From contig CM060731.1 of the NCBI GenBank assembly GCA_030704615.1, positions 67,828,001 to 67,892,000 on the forward strand: DNA of 64,000 bases, given 5' to 3'. Position 1 is the stretch's first letter. Each line of letters starts with the position of its first letter. The notes beneath the pieces are model-generated. The model ran no database searches and was not told the DNA's origin. It saw only the letters and a program-made list of their open reading frames with translations. The position numbers and the translations under genes were made by a program. The stretch is from Takakia lepidozioides (lineage: Eukaryota > Plantae > Bryophyta). Of this stretch, positions 27,501 to 40,077 are shown piece by piece.

Positions 27501-30500
27501 TTTGCTTGTACCGGAGCAGTCCATTTTGCAAGTGAAACTGCAATTTAACCCCCATCCTCAAGTCCCGCATCACGGACTTTGCCATCTCATCCTTCCGGTA
27601 AGCCTTCCGGATCTTCCTTTGGAGCGCCGTCTCGCCCCTGTATACCAACATGAGCTATTGTTTTCTACTTAAAGCATCGGCTACCACATTTTCCTGTCCC
27701 GATTTGTACTGGATATCCACGTCGAACACCGCCAAAGTGTCTTGCCACCTAAGTTGTTTTGGAGACAACTTAGGCTGCGTGACAAAATACTTCACCGTGA
27801 CATTGTCCATGAACACCTTCACCGGGTTGGAACCAATATAGTGGCGCCAAAGATCAAGGCAATGTACCACCGCCTTCATCTCTTTCTCGTGCGTTGGCCA
27901 CCGTCGCTCCACTTCATTCAGTTTCTTACTTTCGTAAGCCATTGGACGTCCATTCTGCATGAGCACACCCCCAATTGCGAATCAAATGGATGGTTGAACT
28001 CCGGGATTTTCAAGATTGGAGCTTCTACCATCCGCTGCTTCAAAAGCTTGGCCACAAAAGGTGTTCCATACCCATACCTTAGACTTACACAGAAGGTCTG
28101 ACAGCGGCCCCGCAATCTTGGCAAAATTTCTCACATACTTTCGGTAATAGGAGGCGAGTCCTATGAAGGATCGCACTCCCAGGACCGAAGTCGGAGGCTC
28201 CCAGTCCAAGATCGCCCTCACCTTTCTGTCATCCATTTTGATCCCATCCTGTGTAATCACATGCCCTAGGAACTCCACTTTTGTGACCCCGAATTCGTAC
28301 TTTGAAGCTTTGGCATACAGCTTCCCTTCCAACAATTTCTGGAACACCCTTTTGAGGTGCTCCATGTGGTCTTCCTTTATTTTCGAGTAAACCAAGATAT
28401 CATCGTTGTTAGCCTTGTCCAAATCAGACATGTACAGGTGATCAAGTAGCCAGCTTAGCTCATTCTGTGCTTCTTTAAATCACAAAGTCATCCAACCACT
28501 CCTGGAAAAGGCTGTTCATTAGCGTGCTAAAGGTCGCAGGTGCGTTGGTGAGCCCAAAAGGCATCACCAAGAACTCATATGACCCATACCTTGTCTTGCA
28601 CGCGGTCTTCTCTTCATCTCCTGCCGCCACTCGGATTTGATGGTAGCCGGAGCGCAAATCGATCCGGCTGAAATACTTCGGTCCTGCCAACCAATCGAAG
28701 AGGTCGTCGATCCTTGGCAAATGGTACCGGTTTTTGATAGTCACCTTATTCATAGCCCTGTAATCGACACACATCCGCAACGTCCCATCCTTCTTGTCTG
28801 TGAATAGCACCGGGGCTCCGTAGGGTGACTTACTCAGCCGGATGTACCCCTTTGACATTAGATCCTTGAGCTGAGCCTTCAGCTCGACCAACTCTTTGTG
28901 GCTCAACCGGTAGGGCGCCTTGGCAGGCGGCTCCAATCCCGGTATCACCTCAATCTTGTGGTCAACTCATCTTTGCGGTGGCAAGCCGCTTGGTAAATCC
29001 TTCGGCATCACATCCTGGTATTTCTCCAAGATCCCCTTGATCCAATCGGGGCTCGGCTCCCTATCGCCTTCTCCCTCCACTTGTCTCACGTAAAGCAAAA
29101 ACTGGGGCTCGTGTGGCTTCTCCACGGCCCACTCCCTTGCTGACAGCAAGTTTATTCGCCCTCCCACGGGGTTGGGCGTTTTCGACACTCGTAAAACTTC
29201 ACCACCATTCCCACACGGTAGCGTGACTATTCTCTTGCGGCCATCTATGACCGCTCCGGATTTGCTCAAAAAGGTCATCCCCAAAAATGAGATCCACTCC
29301 ATCGATCTTGCAATTGGTGAAGTTCTCACGTCCCTCCCAACTCCCAAGCTGAAGAGGAACATCGAACGCCAACCTCGTCGCCAATTGTGATTCTCCTTTG
29401 GCAGAAGACACTTCAATAGAGGCCCCCACATCACTTGTCGGGAGCCCCAGCTTCCGTGCCGTTGCCGGTGTCATGAAGGAGTGCGACGGTTATGTGTTCA
29501 CCAACAACAACACGTTAGTTCCGGAAATTATCCCACTCACGAACATTAACTTACTCCATTTTCGCAAGCGCCAGTTTCCTGATACAACTCACAAGAGTAG
29601 TTGCCTACCTTGCAAGTCTTGGCGACCACCGCTTCCACCAAGCGGCTGATGGAATCTTCGGACAGCTCCGTGGTTGCCCGAGTCGTGTTCAATTGTCGGG
29701 GTTTCACGCACTTCTTGGCCATGTGCCCGGGCTCCCCACAATTAAAGCACACTGCATCGAAGGTCACCTTCTGTCCGCTATAAGCCGTCGCACCTGATTT
29801 TCCTTTCGAAGCACCGGGTGCCGCCTTGACGTATGAAGGCCCTCCCTTTGATTTCCATGTGCCATTGTCACCGCGTGGCCTATCCCATTTCTTTTCCGGT
29901 CGGAAGGAGTCACTCTCCCGCTGGGCCTTCTTGTGGTTCAGCTCCGCACGGCCTTGTCTTTCACCTCTAGGGACATCCGAGAAACATTCAGCCCTTTCAA
30001 TTGCCTCGTTCAAAGTCTTAGGTGGCTTCTCCTTCAACTTCCGGCCCATGGGGCCAATGCCGCCACAAAGTTGAAGACCATTTCTTGTTCTGCCATGTCT
30101 TTGAGCAACAGTACATTGAAAGCCTGAACATATCCCCGAATGTCATCCGTTTGCTTCAAATTCCTCATCTTGTCCCGGGCGAGCCAGGACGCGTTGAGGG
30201 GCACAAACTGTTTCTTCATAAGTTCCTTGAACCCACTACAGCTCAAGGTTTCCGGGTTTGGACCTTGGTCGTGAAGGCGTTTCTGCCACCATTGTTGAGC
30301 ATAGCCCCTCAAATAGGTGGGAGCCACTTCCACCCAATCCTCGTCACTCAACTTGGCCGCTCGGAAGTATTGCTCTAGCTCCAAGAGCCATGTGTTGAGT
30401 GCCTTCCGATTTTGGATGCCCTCGAAGGTGCCGGGTTCCTTAGGCTTCACCTTAAACTTTGCCTTAGTGGAAGTGGCATTAGCCGCCTTCAACACGTCTT

Positions 30501-31513
30501 TCAACGTCCCGCCAAACTGCGCCAACAACCCTTTCCAAAAGGCTGCTGGCATGGGAGACATCTGTTGGTCTGCCGGACCTTCCGGGAAGTCCTCGGACTC
30601 CGACTTCCCAGATTCATCCCGTTCTTGAGCGGCCTCGCTTTCAAAAGCATGAATCGCTTCCTCAAATTGCCGCTCCGGTGACACGTCGCCTCCACCGGGC
30701 TCACCAGAATCATCATCTTTCGGGCCGTTCCGCTTTCGCTTTGGCTTGCCCGACCCCATGATGAGGCCGATCTCAAGGATGATCGCGTACTGAACTCTAG
30801 GCTCTGATACCAAGTGTCGCGCACCTCACTTTGGTAAGCTCCCCCTTTAAGTCATAGTTACTCGCTTTGATGTGCGCGCCTAACTCCCAAACTGGCCGTC
30901 GGGCCAACTCGGAGCTTCGGCTGCTCACCGGGACATAACGGTCCCCATTTGCTCCTCCACAAGACCCTCTCTCAATTTGGGCCTAGTGGAAATTCCCTTT
31001 GGTTGTTGGCAGTCCGGAACAGCTCCCCACACCTTGGTCGCTTTCCGGCTCGCATGCTTACTCACTAGTTTTTGGTCACCAACGGGCTTGTACTGTTCTC
31101 GGGGTTACTACCCCCTATATATACTTCTGTGACTGTCAGCGGGGGTTTCACAAACAACCCAATCATTTTATGGTGAACCACCACGAAAACCCTCGATTCC
31201 CGGTGATGAGTCGCGGTGAGTCTTGGCCCACCCACCACGGCCCCAATGGATCGTGATGAGTCCCAAGACTCCCCACGACTCCCACCACAAGGTCTCCGCC
31301 CCATGGTGAGTCCTATGCCCACCCTACTAAGACCACTAAGCTACAACCACTCCTCGTGGACCCACCCCCACCGCAACCCGGTGTGCGGGGCTCCTTGAGT
31401 GCCTTGGGCACTCAAGGGTGCTTCAGCCCCCGTACCTATTGTTGCCACTGCCCCCACCACAGGGGCAGCCCATCTTGAGTCCCGACCCCCTGCCCCAAGG
31501 CAAAGGGCCGCGA
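24548..31513 (-). mobile_element. Ty3/gypsy chromovirus: complete 3' LTR 24548-26136, truncated 5' LTR 30815-31513
   Basis: The two LTR copies are highly similar. iMet PBS TGGTATCAGAGC at 30801-30812; PPT GGGGGAGGAAA next to the LTR start at 26136; internal domain order gag-PR-RT-RH-INT-chromodomain. Confidence 0.95.
26171..30813 (-). pseudogene. gag-pol of the chromovirus, frameshifted
   Basis: gag zinc knuckle CFNCGEPGHMAKKC; [42 protein letters not shown]; RNase H WPTHEKE, NVVADALSR; integrase H-H-C-C, SMDF, DGRTER; GPF motif; chromodomain YEVEAVL...FLVKWKGY...ATW. Confidence 0.95.
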
Positions 31514-32256
31514 TAGAGTGGGTCCATGGCAGACCTCTCCAGCCCCATTGACATGTCTCTTTTCATAATAGACCAGCTCTGCATTATCAGGGTCCACATA
31601 GCATTGCTTCACTACAAACCTGCACATGCATCCCCTCTTGATGCCTTCCCCCGATTTTGTTTGTGTAGTCCTTGCTTGTTTTGGCTTTGCTTCAGTGGAA
31701 GCGGCTGTGACTCTTGGCTTCCTCCCCTTCTTCTTTGCAGGTTTTGCTCGGCGTTTCTTGTGTGCCATTGCAGGGGTAACATCCAAGAGGGTCGTAGTTC
31801 TGTTCTCTGGACCATATGAGCAGTGATACCTACAACCACAAACTACATTTCGTTACTATCACTCTAAGGGGACTTAGGCACTCTCTGTATTCATGGAAAT
31901 CATGGAATAGACATTGCAACACATGAACGGCAGCCCAAGATGTACCTTGTTATAGTCAAAGCACTGTTGGTGCGAGGAACTAACAGAGATCCCTCCGGAT
32001 GGCCTCTTTGGTGATGCCTTTGGAAAGTGCATGGGCCATCTGTACGGGAGGATTCCCCAGTAATGAAATCAGCAACGCGATTCCATGGAATGTAGGCGAC
32101 TTGGGCTGAGTTTTGGCCAGGAGGCTTGCCTTGCCATTGCAAATGCCACTGCACTACATGATGGTTGAAAGCACCTGCATTTGGCAGTTGCACTTGGTTT
32201 CGAAGCAGCAAAACAAGATGAGACACGATGGCTTCAGATTTCTCGCCAACCAACAT
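31514..32256 (-). pseudogene. MULE transposase N-terminus, At4g13970/At1g60560 (SWIM) family-like; intron 31945-31830
   Basis: VAYIPWNRVADFITGES...TR|YHCSYGPEN...KRGCMCRFVVKQ...LVYYEKRHVN..GEVCHGP resembles LALIPYTRVDDFVRGEC...YWCSFGPDD...KRGCRCHFIVKR...VIYNNDKHVD..GFPCHGP. The GT-AG intron preserves the frame. Confidence 0.8.
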
Positions 32257-32896
32257 GTCGATTTGCAATTCAAAGAGGAGGCGGTGCTGATACAGGCTAA
32301 ACGTAAGGTTTCCTGGTGACAGAACCGTTTCCGACACGAAGCTACAGGAGGGTAATTCCATGGAGACTCGCCTCTGATTAGACATCCATTCGTACTCTCA
32401 TCCATCTGATTACACATCCATCGTACTCTCATCCATCTGATTACACATCCATCCTACTCTCATCCATCCATACCTACACACATTGATCCTAAATCCCACA
32501 AGTAGACGAACAGTCATGTCCATTAAATAATATTAAATTTCAAATTCAAACTTGGGTACGCATGTGCAACCATGCATGTGTTGGCTTCACTCTCACTATG
32601 GGCTCAGGTTATGTTCATGACCACATCTGACATCTGGCATGGATGCGTGCATGACCTACATGTATCATACATAAACGACATTCCATGGGGTGACGGATGG
32701 GTGGCGGGGGCGGTGCGCGGGGGGGCTGGGGGGTGGAGGGGGCGGCGGGGGATGGCGGGGATGGGGCGGCAGAGCAGGTGGCGGGCCGCGGCGACCGCGA
32801 GCCGCGCGGGAGCCGGAGGGGGGGGCGAGGGGAGGTGCCACGCAGGCAGGACCGAAGGGCTCACATTAAACTCCCGGGCCTTTTCTAGTGTGCGCC

Positions 32897-33050
32897 CAGA
32901 ACAAATAACAGGACGTGCTTTCATTACATACAGCACTCCTCAGGAAGCAGAGCGTGCTCGTGCAGAGATGGACGGCTACAGGCTGGACAGATCTCATACC
33001 CTTGTTGTGAGAACAGTTTGAGGATTATAGGAAGTATAGGAAAGTGGATT
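32897..33050 (+). pseudogene. eIF3b RRM fragment, 3' half
   Basis: GRAFITYSTPQEAERARAEMDGYRLDRSHTLVV/FEDYRKYRKV resembles eIF3b GYCFIEYNTPQEAELAKEKTNGYKLDRAHIFAVNMFDDFDKY. Confidence 0.75.
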
Positions 33051-33792
33051 CACGGGAGATGCCAAGTGGGCTCATAGAGGAGCACCCACTTGAGCATCAG
33101 TTGAGCGGTGCCTTTGGTTCATACTTTGTTTCTTTGTCTTTGAATAAAATGAAATAAAATGAAATAACGCTTCATTGAACAGAACAAGTACAAAGCGCCC
33201 CTCCTTGGGTTCATACTTTGATTCGCACCATGCACGGTGTTTTCAGTTCTGTGGGGATAACTTAGTATGTGTGTGTCGTAGGCCAGGGTTTGGGATTTCA
33301 CAGAAATTCTAGAGCTTTTTTCTCACAACCATGCAAACAATTTTGAAGAGTTGTAATGGGATTCAGAAGTCTGATTTCATATTGAAGGGCACTCCCATTG
33401 TTTCCATGGAAGAACCCATGTAACATGTCTCCATTAATATGAAAGTGGTTGTCATTATATCTCAAATTCCTCCAGATGCATAAGCGGGTTGGATCTGCAG
33501 ATCTGTTTTGGAGTCCCTGTCTTTAAGCATTTTTAGTTTGTTCATGCACTTCCGTTATGCTTAAATGAGCAACTTGGCTATGACTACAGTGCTGCATCCG
33601 CAGCAATCTCCCCCTGGTTTTCCACATCACAAACAAACTACCATGCCACCAAGATTCTAGAAAGCGGTGCAAATCATTTCGCTTATTAAAAAAAATTCTT
33701 AAAAGTGCCTAACTGCCAAATGGCCCCAAGAATAATTATTAGGGAGGCAAGTGCCTAACCGGCTATCCCACTACGGTAGCTTCTCTCTCTCA

Positions 33793-33813
33793 AAACCCTA
33801 AACCCTAAACCCT
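33793..33813 (+). promoter_or_regulatory. Telo-box-like element, (AAACCCT)3, upstream of the FAM136A-like gene
   Basis: aaaccctaaaccctaaaccct follows a CT-rich tract ~450 bp upstream of the ATG. Confidence 0.5.
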
Positions 33814-34257
33814 GGAAGGTCGGCCAGGGTGCGCGGTTTTTGTAACCTTTGCTTGCAGCAGCTTTGGAAATTTGTCAGTCTCTAGTACAACACAGGGATT
33901 CATTCGGCCGTATTTGAAAGAAATCCACTTGGGCTCGAAGAATTTAAAGGGTCAACGTACGTGTTACTTTGATTCAAGTGGACATCTTCTCTATTCTCTT
34001 TCTTGGTTGCGTTCCAGACCTGGATCTAAGCAAGTAAGTTTCAATGTCAAAGAGCTCCATCTGTGTTGTCTCGATAAATGCCGCGGCATTGTGTAATGGA
34101 GAATTATCGGAATCATGAGTTTGTTCTTTCTGTAATTCGTTGCAACCATCGAAAGCATTTCAAGGCTGTCAATAAATTGTTTGTTGCGTCTTTCCAGCGC
34201 TTGATTATCCGACGTGACGTTAGCCGAGGGTAAATCGATGCGTGAGGAAAAGAGACC

Positions 34258-34610
34258 ATGTCGGAAACATTGAACAAGCTGTCCCAGGATGTTAACGCTG
34301 CTGTCAACGAGGCGATGTCAGGTGTTCAAGACTATGTTAGCATCACGCTTCAGGTGGCCTCCTTAGTTGTATCTCTCTTTTGTCCTTTGGCGCCCAAGTG
34401 TTTTGTTATGGTTCAAAGGATCGCTTGTAGTTGTGTTTGTCTTCGCAAAGACATAAAGAGGGAGACACTTAAGAGACATCTTTGCGAGCTTATTTTTTAG
34501 GGTTTACGTAGATGCCGGACCTTCCATCGAGGTCCCTTATGGCAGATACAGCCTACTCCAGACATGAATGTGCAATCAACTGGCAAGTAAGGTAATTGTA
34601 AACTTCACTT

Positions 34611-34653
<43 letters not shown>

Positions 34654-35634
34654 GAGAAACCGACAGAGATATGAAGGAAGTTGCTCATCGCTATCTCTGT
34701 GCATGTTTTGGGAGGCAGAAAGAGTACTACAAGTGTGGGTACGAGTGCTTCAACCGGAATAAGGGGGAGATTCCAAGGTGCATTGAACGATGCAGCCTTC
34801 CTGTGCAAAGGGCCAGTGCGATTCTTGACAGTGAACTAAAGAAGTTTCAGGTTAGTTCCCTGGGTCTTTCTTATGTCTTTCTGTTGCTATGATTGACAAT
34901 GCTTTCCGCCGAAGTCATTGGTTGCTAATAGTCATCATCAAGTTTGTAACCAACTTGTCATCTGACTGTGTTTCACCCCTAATGTTATGCCAATTTTTAT
35001 ACTTGGTGACATGAGGCCCGGCATCTGACTATGGGGGAGGTAGGATTCCACCTATGATATAGCGAATGATATAACGAAGCCCAAAGTCACAAGGGTATCA
35101 TGGCATCTCTTTGTTGTGTCTTTTGGATGATCCAGTGCTTGACTGCTTGAAACTGCTTTTCAAGTGGCACTCATGAACCAACAATGCAGGTTTTGGTCAG
35201 CAATGTCCACATACCTTCTTAATGTTCTCTGTAGACCTCATGCATGCAGTAGAAGTTCTGGGTATTGTGAGCCTACAGACTCAGTGAATGGAACAACTGA
35301 GAGGAAATTCGCACTCAAGCTGCAATCAACAGGAGCTGTTTTTCTTGATTAAATTATTTTGGCTGTTGAGCTTGACATCTATTGACAGAGCAAAACACAC
35401 TTGAATTTGTATGTGCAGGATAGGTTGACTAGGAGCATGTTGGTGTGTCGCGATAGAATCGAAAGCACAGGGGGTTTTGTTGAAAGCGATGATGGGAAGA
35501 TAAGGGAGATGGAAACTTGTATGCAGGTTGCCGTCAGAGAGCAAATGAAATCTCTTCCCCAACTTGCAGACCATATCAAGACACAGATTACAAACAGCTC
35601 CCAACTTAATTTGCCACCGGAATTTCGTCGGTAA
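34258..35634 (+). CDS. FAM136A-like (DUF842) protein; exons 34258-34353, 34719-34850, 35419-35634 (147 aa)
   Basis: LQ|KEYYKCGYECF...CIERCSLPV...ELKKFQ|DRLTRSMLVCRD...METCM with the CX3C pattern; GT-AG phase-0 introns. Confidence 0.9.
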
Positions 35635-35961
35635 GTTGACTTGGGATAATTCAGGCTGCCATGGTTGTAATTGGACAATTTAGTAAATTTTGTACACTCT
35701 TTGAGGGAGTGTACTGAGTTTTGATAACTCATTCACTACAATTATTTATTCATTCATGGCAAATTGGCAGAAAGCTTCCAGAGTGCCTGCAACACCAGGG
35801 ATTCATCACTTACATCTGCATATCCAGGAAAAGAAAATAATCCTCAGAATTCAATGTCTGGGGGTTGGGTGGTAAGGGCACCTGAAGTTCTTCTCTACTC
35901 TTCGCACAATCTGATCAAACCTTGCAACACTGACAGTCTCAACCTATTGTTTCCAATGTAT

Positions 35962-36145
35962 AACTGTGGGAAAGTGATAATGTGTATTGCTAGGACTGAT
36001 ATCTCAGCTGTGGGTGTCACTGCAAGCAGATTACCTCAAAGCCATGAATTCTGATGTGAAACTGCGGGAAAGTGACAATGTGTATTACTAGGACTGATTT
36101 CTCAGCTGCCGGTGTCACTGCAAGCAGATTACCTCAAAGCCATGA
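35962..36145. repeat. Local tandem duplication (two ~85-bp copies) between convergent 3' ends
   Basis: aactg(t/c)gggaaagtga...gcagattacctcaaagccatga occurs twice, about 97 bp apart. Confidence 0.85.
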
Positions 36146-36306
36146 CATTCAAATGGGGGTCATGATTATGAGGCTGAGCTCCACCTGAACATTGTCATAG
36201 AGTCATAGCAAAGCATACATCCTCTGCAACTGTTCCTTTCTTCCAATACCCTCATCTCAATAAAAAGGCTAGAAAGACAAAATTACAATTCATTTCAATC
36301 AAATCA

Positions 36307-37379
36307 CTAGTCAAAAAGAGAGAATCCCATGTCATCGTCACTCTCCTCCTTCTCCTCTTCCTTCTTCTCTTCCTTCTTTTCTTCAGCAGGTGCAGCTGCC
36401 CCACCACCTGTGGATGCAGGGGCTCCAGCAGAAAACACAGCACCACCACCTCCACCTCCACCAACTATGACCTGCAGTTTGTCCACAGCCATCATTGTTC
36501 ACATCATTAGCTATGGTCGGTGAAGGGCAACCTAATTGATGACGGTCCCATTCATCGTAAAGAAATTCACCGGCGTGTCGTGAAAGATAAATTTAACAAC
36601 TCGTTGACACACTGCTCACTCTTGAGCCCGACCTTCCGCAGTGCCCAGATATCGTCAAGACTGAATCAACTGCGTCAGTCACAGTTCTGCTCTATTGAGC
36701 TCACAAACTAAAACTGTCGAGTGTTGATTACGAAAATCGACTGCACCCAAATCGGTGATCCAAAAACTCGGCTTGACATAGTCTTCCGAATTAATACCAC
36801 ATAAATTCAGACGTCCTTTCCATTATCTGGAGTTTGCTTCGAAACATGGTTTGGTCAATTCGGCCATTTAGACCTCGCCAACTCTTTACCATTATTGTTC
36901 TTCATATGCCTAGGCACAGTTCCTTGACAATGATACATTCGGAGGTTTCTCTAAAGCCTCAAGACACACAAACCGTAACAAGCATCAAGCCCTTTATCCA
37001 CATTGCAGACTACCACGATATGCAGAAGTCAAGCCAAAATTCCAAATTCACAAATAGAAAAAGCGATCAAAAAACTTTTTCCCAGGCGTTTATCTGCAGT
37101 CCAAGGAACAACATTTAAAACAAACAACATGAAAGAGTGGGATACATATTCACAAAGAGAAACAAAATGAATCACCTGGGCGACAGCGGATGTGGGAGTG
37201 ATAAGCGAGAAGGTAGAGGAAACAGCCCCTGAGCCTGCGGCCGTCAGCGCCAAGTTGGTCAGTTTCCGCTGAAGCTCCCATGTGGTAGCGGCACTCTCCT
37301 CCAGCTCAGATTGACCTGCATACTGCTTGGCTGTCCATGTGCCCGAAGCAAACCTGACCACGAACGTGAACACCGCCAT
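36307..37379 (-). CDS. RPP3: 60S acidic ribosomal protein P3; exons 37379-37176 and 36471-36307 (122 aa)
   Basis: N-terminus MAVFTFVVR...WTAKQ...[24 protein letters not shown]|VIVGGGGG, and the C-terminal [13 protein letters not shown]. (TA)n TATA-like tract at ~37513-37526. Confidence 0.95.
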
Positions 37380-38870
37380 CGCCGCTGCCCTGGAGCTCCT
37401 GCGAGAGTGTGTGCGCCTCTTCCTCCTTCGCCGATTAGGGCAAGACGATGCTGACCGGAAACTGGCTGTTAGCGGTTGGCACATGGGTGTGGGATGGAGG
37501 TTTTTCAGAGTCATATATATATATAACCGGATAGGTAACCGCTGGGTATTAGAGAGAAATTCAAATAACCGCCCAACACTGGTATTATCTCAACCCTATA
37601 GTAATTTTTTTAATGAATCATTATTTTAGACCTTATATTAATTTAAATTCCCTGATCACAACATAATGTACCCTTTATTACTTTTAAATATTTTCTAATT
37701 TTTATCTTTTCCGTATAAATTGCACCCTATATTTTTGTTGGAAATTTTGGAAGTGACTTCCCGGGGCATTTCATCCTAGCCTGTTTGTGTTTTTCTTTGC
37801 TTATGAGTGGTGTGAGCTTCGAGTTTGAGGCATTGAGGAGGAGTGGAAGGTGGTGAAAGATGTAGTTTGAGGGTAGCTTGACTAGAGCTTTTGGAGCGCT
37901 CTCGTTCTAAACCGTGCTTTGACGAGGTTCTCTTTCTCAAGAACCACCCTCTCCTTCTTTCACATGCACATGGCTTTTTCCGTGCTTTACAACGTCTCTC
38001 TGACATCACCCTCGCAGCGCAATTTTGTGGATTGATATCCGTAGCCATAGAATAAGAATTCAATTAGCTGGGAACGCAGCAATCCGAAAGCTTTCAGTCC
38101 AATCACGTGTTTCTTGACGATCGATGAATGTGTTTGTGTGTGAGAGAGAGACATTGCTCACAGCTCTTGAGCTAGCCACGGGTCCATGGAAATTTTTGTA
38201 CACTGATCAGAGCCTCAATCGAGTATATTTGGAGTTTTGTCTTGAGCATTTGTCTTTATTTATTTCAGATTCATGACTTGGAAAGAAAACTGGGTGAGCT
38301 GTGGCAGACCAAGGGCCTTTTTTATTGTGCGGTAAGAACAAGTCTCACTTCTAACATTCATGGAAAAAATATGAGGCCATCATCTTTGAGGGCCTTGTGA
38401 CAATAGGTTACTCAGCAATAGCTATGGTGGCTTCATTACAAGTTCATTGAGGAATTCAGTGATCGTCTTCGCAAATTGGGGGCTGCCTTGACAAACTTGG
38501 TTGGAAGGAAAAGAGGCTTCCATGAAGCAAAAATCGAGAGAGTGGGCAGTCAATACAAAACCTTTCTATACGAGGCGGCCGGGTTTAATTACCATGGCCT
38601 TATAGCAAGACTCAGGGCTAGACATGGGCTCCCTCCAGACTTGCCTACTTAGACAGTGCTGCTGGTAAGAACATCGAAAACCATCTCTTGTGCACTATTC
38701 CACCTAGCCCAAATTTCCTACACCTCTTATCTGGGTTTGACTCTACCATGATGACTATTTTTGGGAGATTGCTAGGATTAGGAGCTCTGGAGGGTGCTCT
38801 GGAACTTTTGCTCACAGCAGCAAGCCACCCTACCCATCTCTTCCGATGGTATGGGTCTTTGTGTGACCGT

Positions 38871-39360
38871 CACTACAGCCCCGTCAGCCGTCCTCGGTAG
38901 TTGGGCGTTGGTTACGCCAGCGATCGCTTAATGATTTCTCTGCGACCATCGTCCCATCCTCACTGCTGCAAATAGGGGGGTTTAGCAACGTCAGCCGCGA
39001 TTCCACGCCTGCGCGACGTTGAGCATGCGACGCCCACCCCACGGTGCATTTTGCGACGCCACAGCGTCGCATAACAGCGCCGGGGCAGCGTTTGCCACGT
39101 CGTAGAGTCGCACCACAACGCCCAGGCGTCGCCCCCCTGCGTTGGGGCCAGCCAGCGACGCCGGGATGTCGCAAGGTGGCATGAAGGGCAAGAGGCAACC
39201 CTTCTTTGCGACGCCCGGCCGTGGCAAGGTGAGGAACCCCCCTGCCACGCCCGGCCATCGCATGGTGGCTTGAAGGGCGAAAAGGCCTCTGCGACGGCCG
39301 GGCGTCGCAATGGGGGATGTTGCGACGGGGTTTTTGGCTTGCGACGGTGGGGGGTCGCCA
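38871..39360. mobile_element. CACTA (En/Spm) terminus with subterminal repeats
   Basis: Begins CACTACAGCCCC, followed by many GCGACG/CGTCGC repeats in both orientations. A TnpD fragment lies 1 kb inward. The partner TIR was not found in the window. Confidence 0.7.
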
Positions 39361-40077
39361 GAGGGGGGGGGGGGGGGGGGGGGGGTGTTCTTTGAGTACT
39401 TAAGGGGCAGGGAGAGGGGGTGGGGATGGGGGATGGGACTCTAGGGGGGGAGGGGAGGGGAGAACCTCTCTGTTTTTCTTTCTTTGCCCCCCCTCTCTCT
39501 CTCTCCCTCTCTCTCTTGGTTGTTAATAGATTTTGTTTGCAAGATGGTTGTCCCATCCAACATTTTCAAAGACTTCCACTAATGGGAAAATGCGGATTAG
39601 TATTGTGAAGATAGTTTTCAAGGTCAGCTCAAAAACACAAATAGTTCCTTCCTCAAGGCACTAGTGGAGTGCAAATTGTGCAGAATCTTGATAGTCCAGC
39701 TCTTGACTGTAAGGGTGCTCCCCTGCGCATTGAGGATTCCACACTTTGCCAGTGGATGGCAACCACACCACCGATGGAGTTCTCATACTCCACATCTTGG
39801 AAGCCCGCATCGGCTACCATGGCTGCAAACTACAGGTCATTGGGTGCGACAGAGAGTTAAACATTGACTATGATACCTAGACAATATCATATGGGAGGAG
39901 TAGACACAAAACTTATATGGCATTGATAAATCATAGAAATAAGCTATGCATGTACAATCAATCGAAGGGATGGGTACAGTTCTGTGCGAGAATTATTACG
40001 TAGCTTTGATTACGTGTCTAATCAATTTGAACATCATCATCCGGAGCTTCTTCATCCTCATCAAGCTGCAAGTCTTC

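Larger units (their letters stand above)
13723..32896. mobile_element. Mutator-like (MULE) DNA transposon, ~19.2 kb including nested LTR elements and an assembly gap
   Basis: TIRs begin GGCGCACACTAGAAAAGGCCCGGGAGTTTAATG (13723-~13870; ~32684-32896). The 9-bp TSD is tagaacaaa (13714-13722) / cagaacaaa (32897-32905). Transposase exons lie inside and the flanks rejoin into one eIF3b fragment. Confidence 0.85.

Noticed and set aside
33793-33813. Interstitial telomere or chromosome-fusion scar
   Set aside because: Only three units in a promoter/5' UTR position; better explained as a telo-box.
35962-36145. Tandem snoRNA pair
   Set aside because: Box C-like and box D motifs are not conserved in both copies; treated as a simple local duplication.
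38265-38870. Possible degenerate coding fragment left of the CACTA end
   Set aside because: Short coding-like stretches are broken by stops and frameshifts, and no family could be assigned with confidence.
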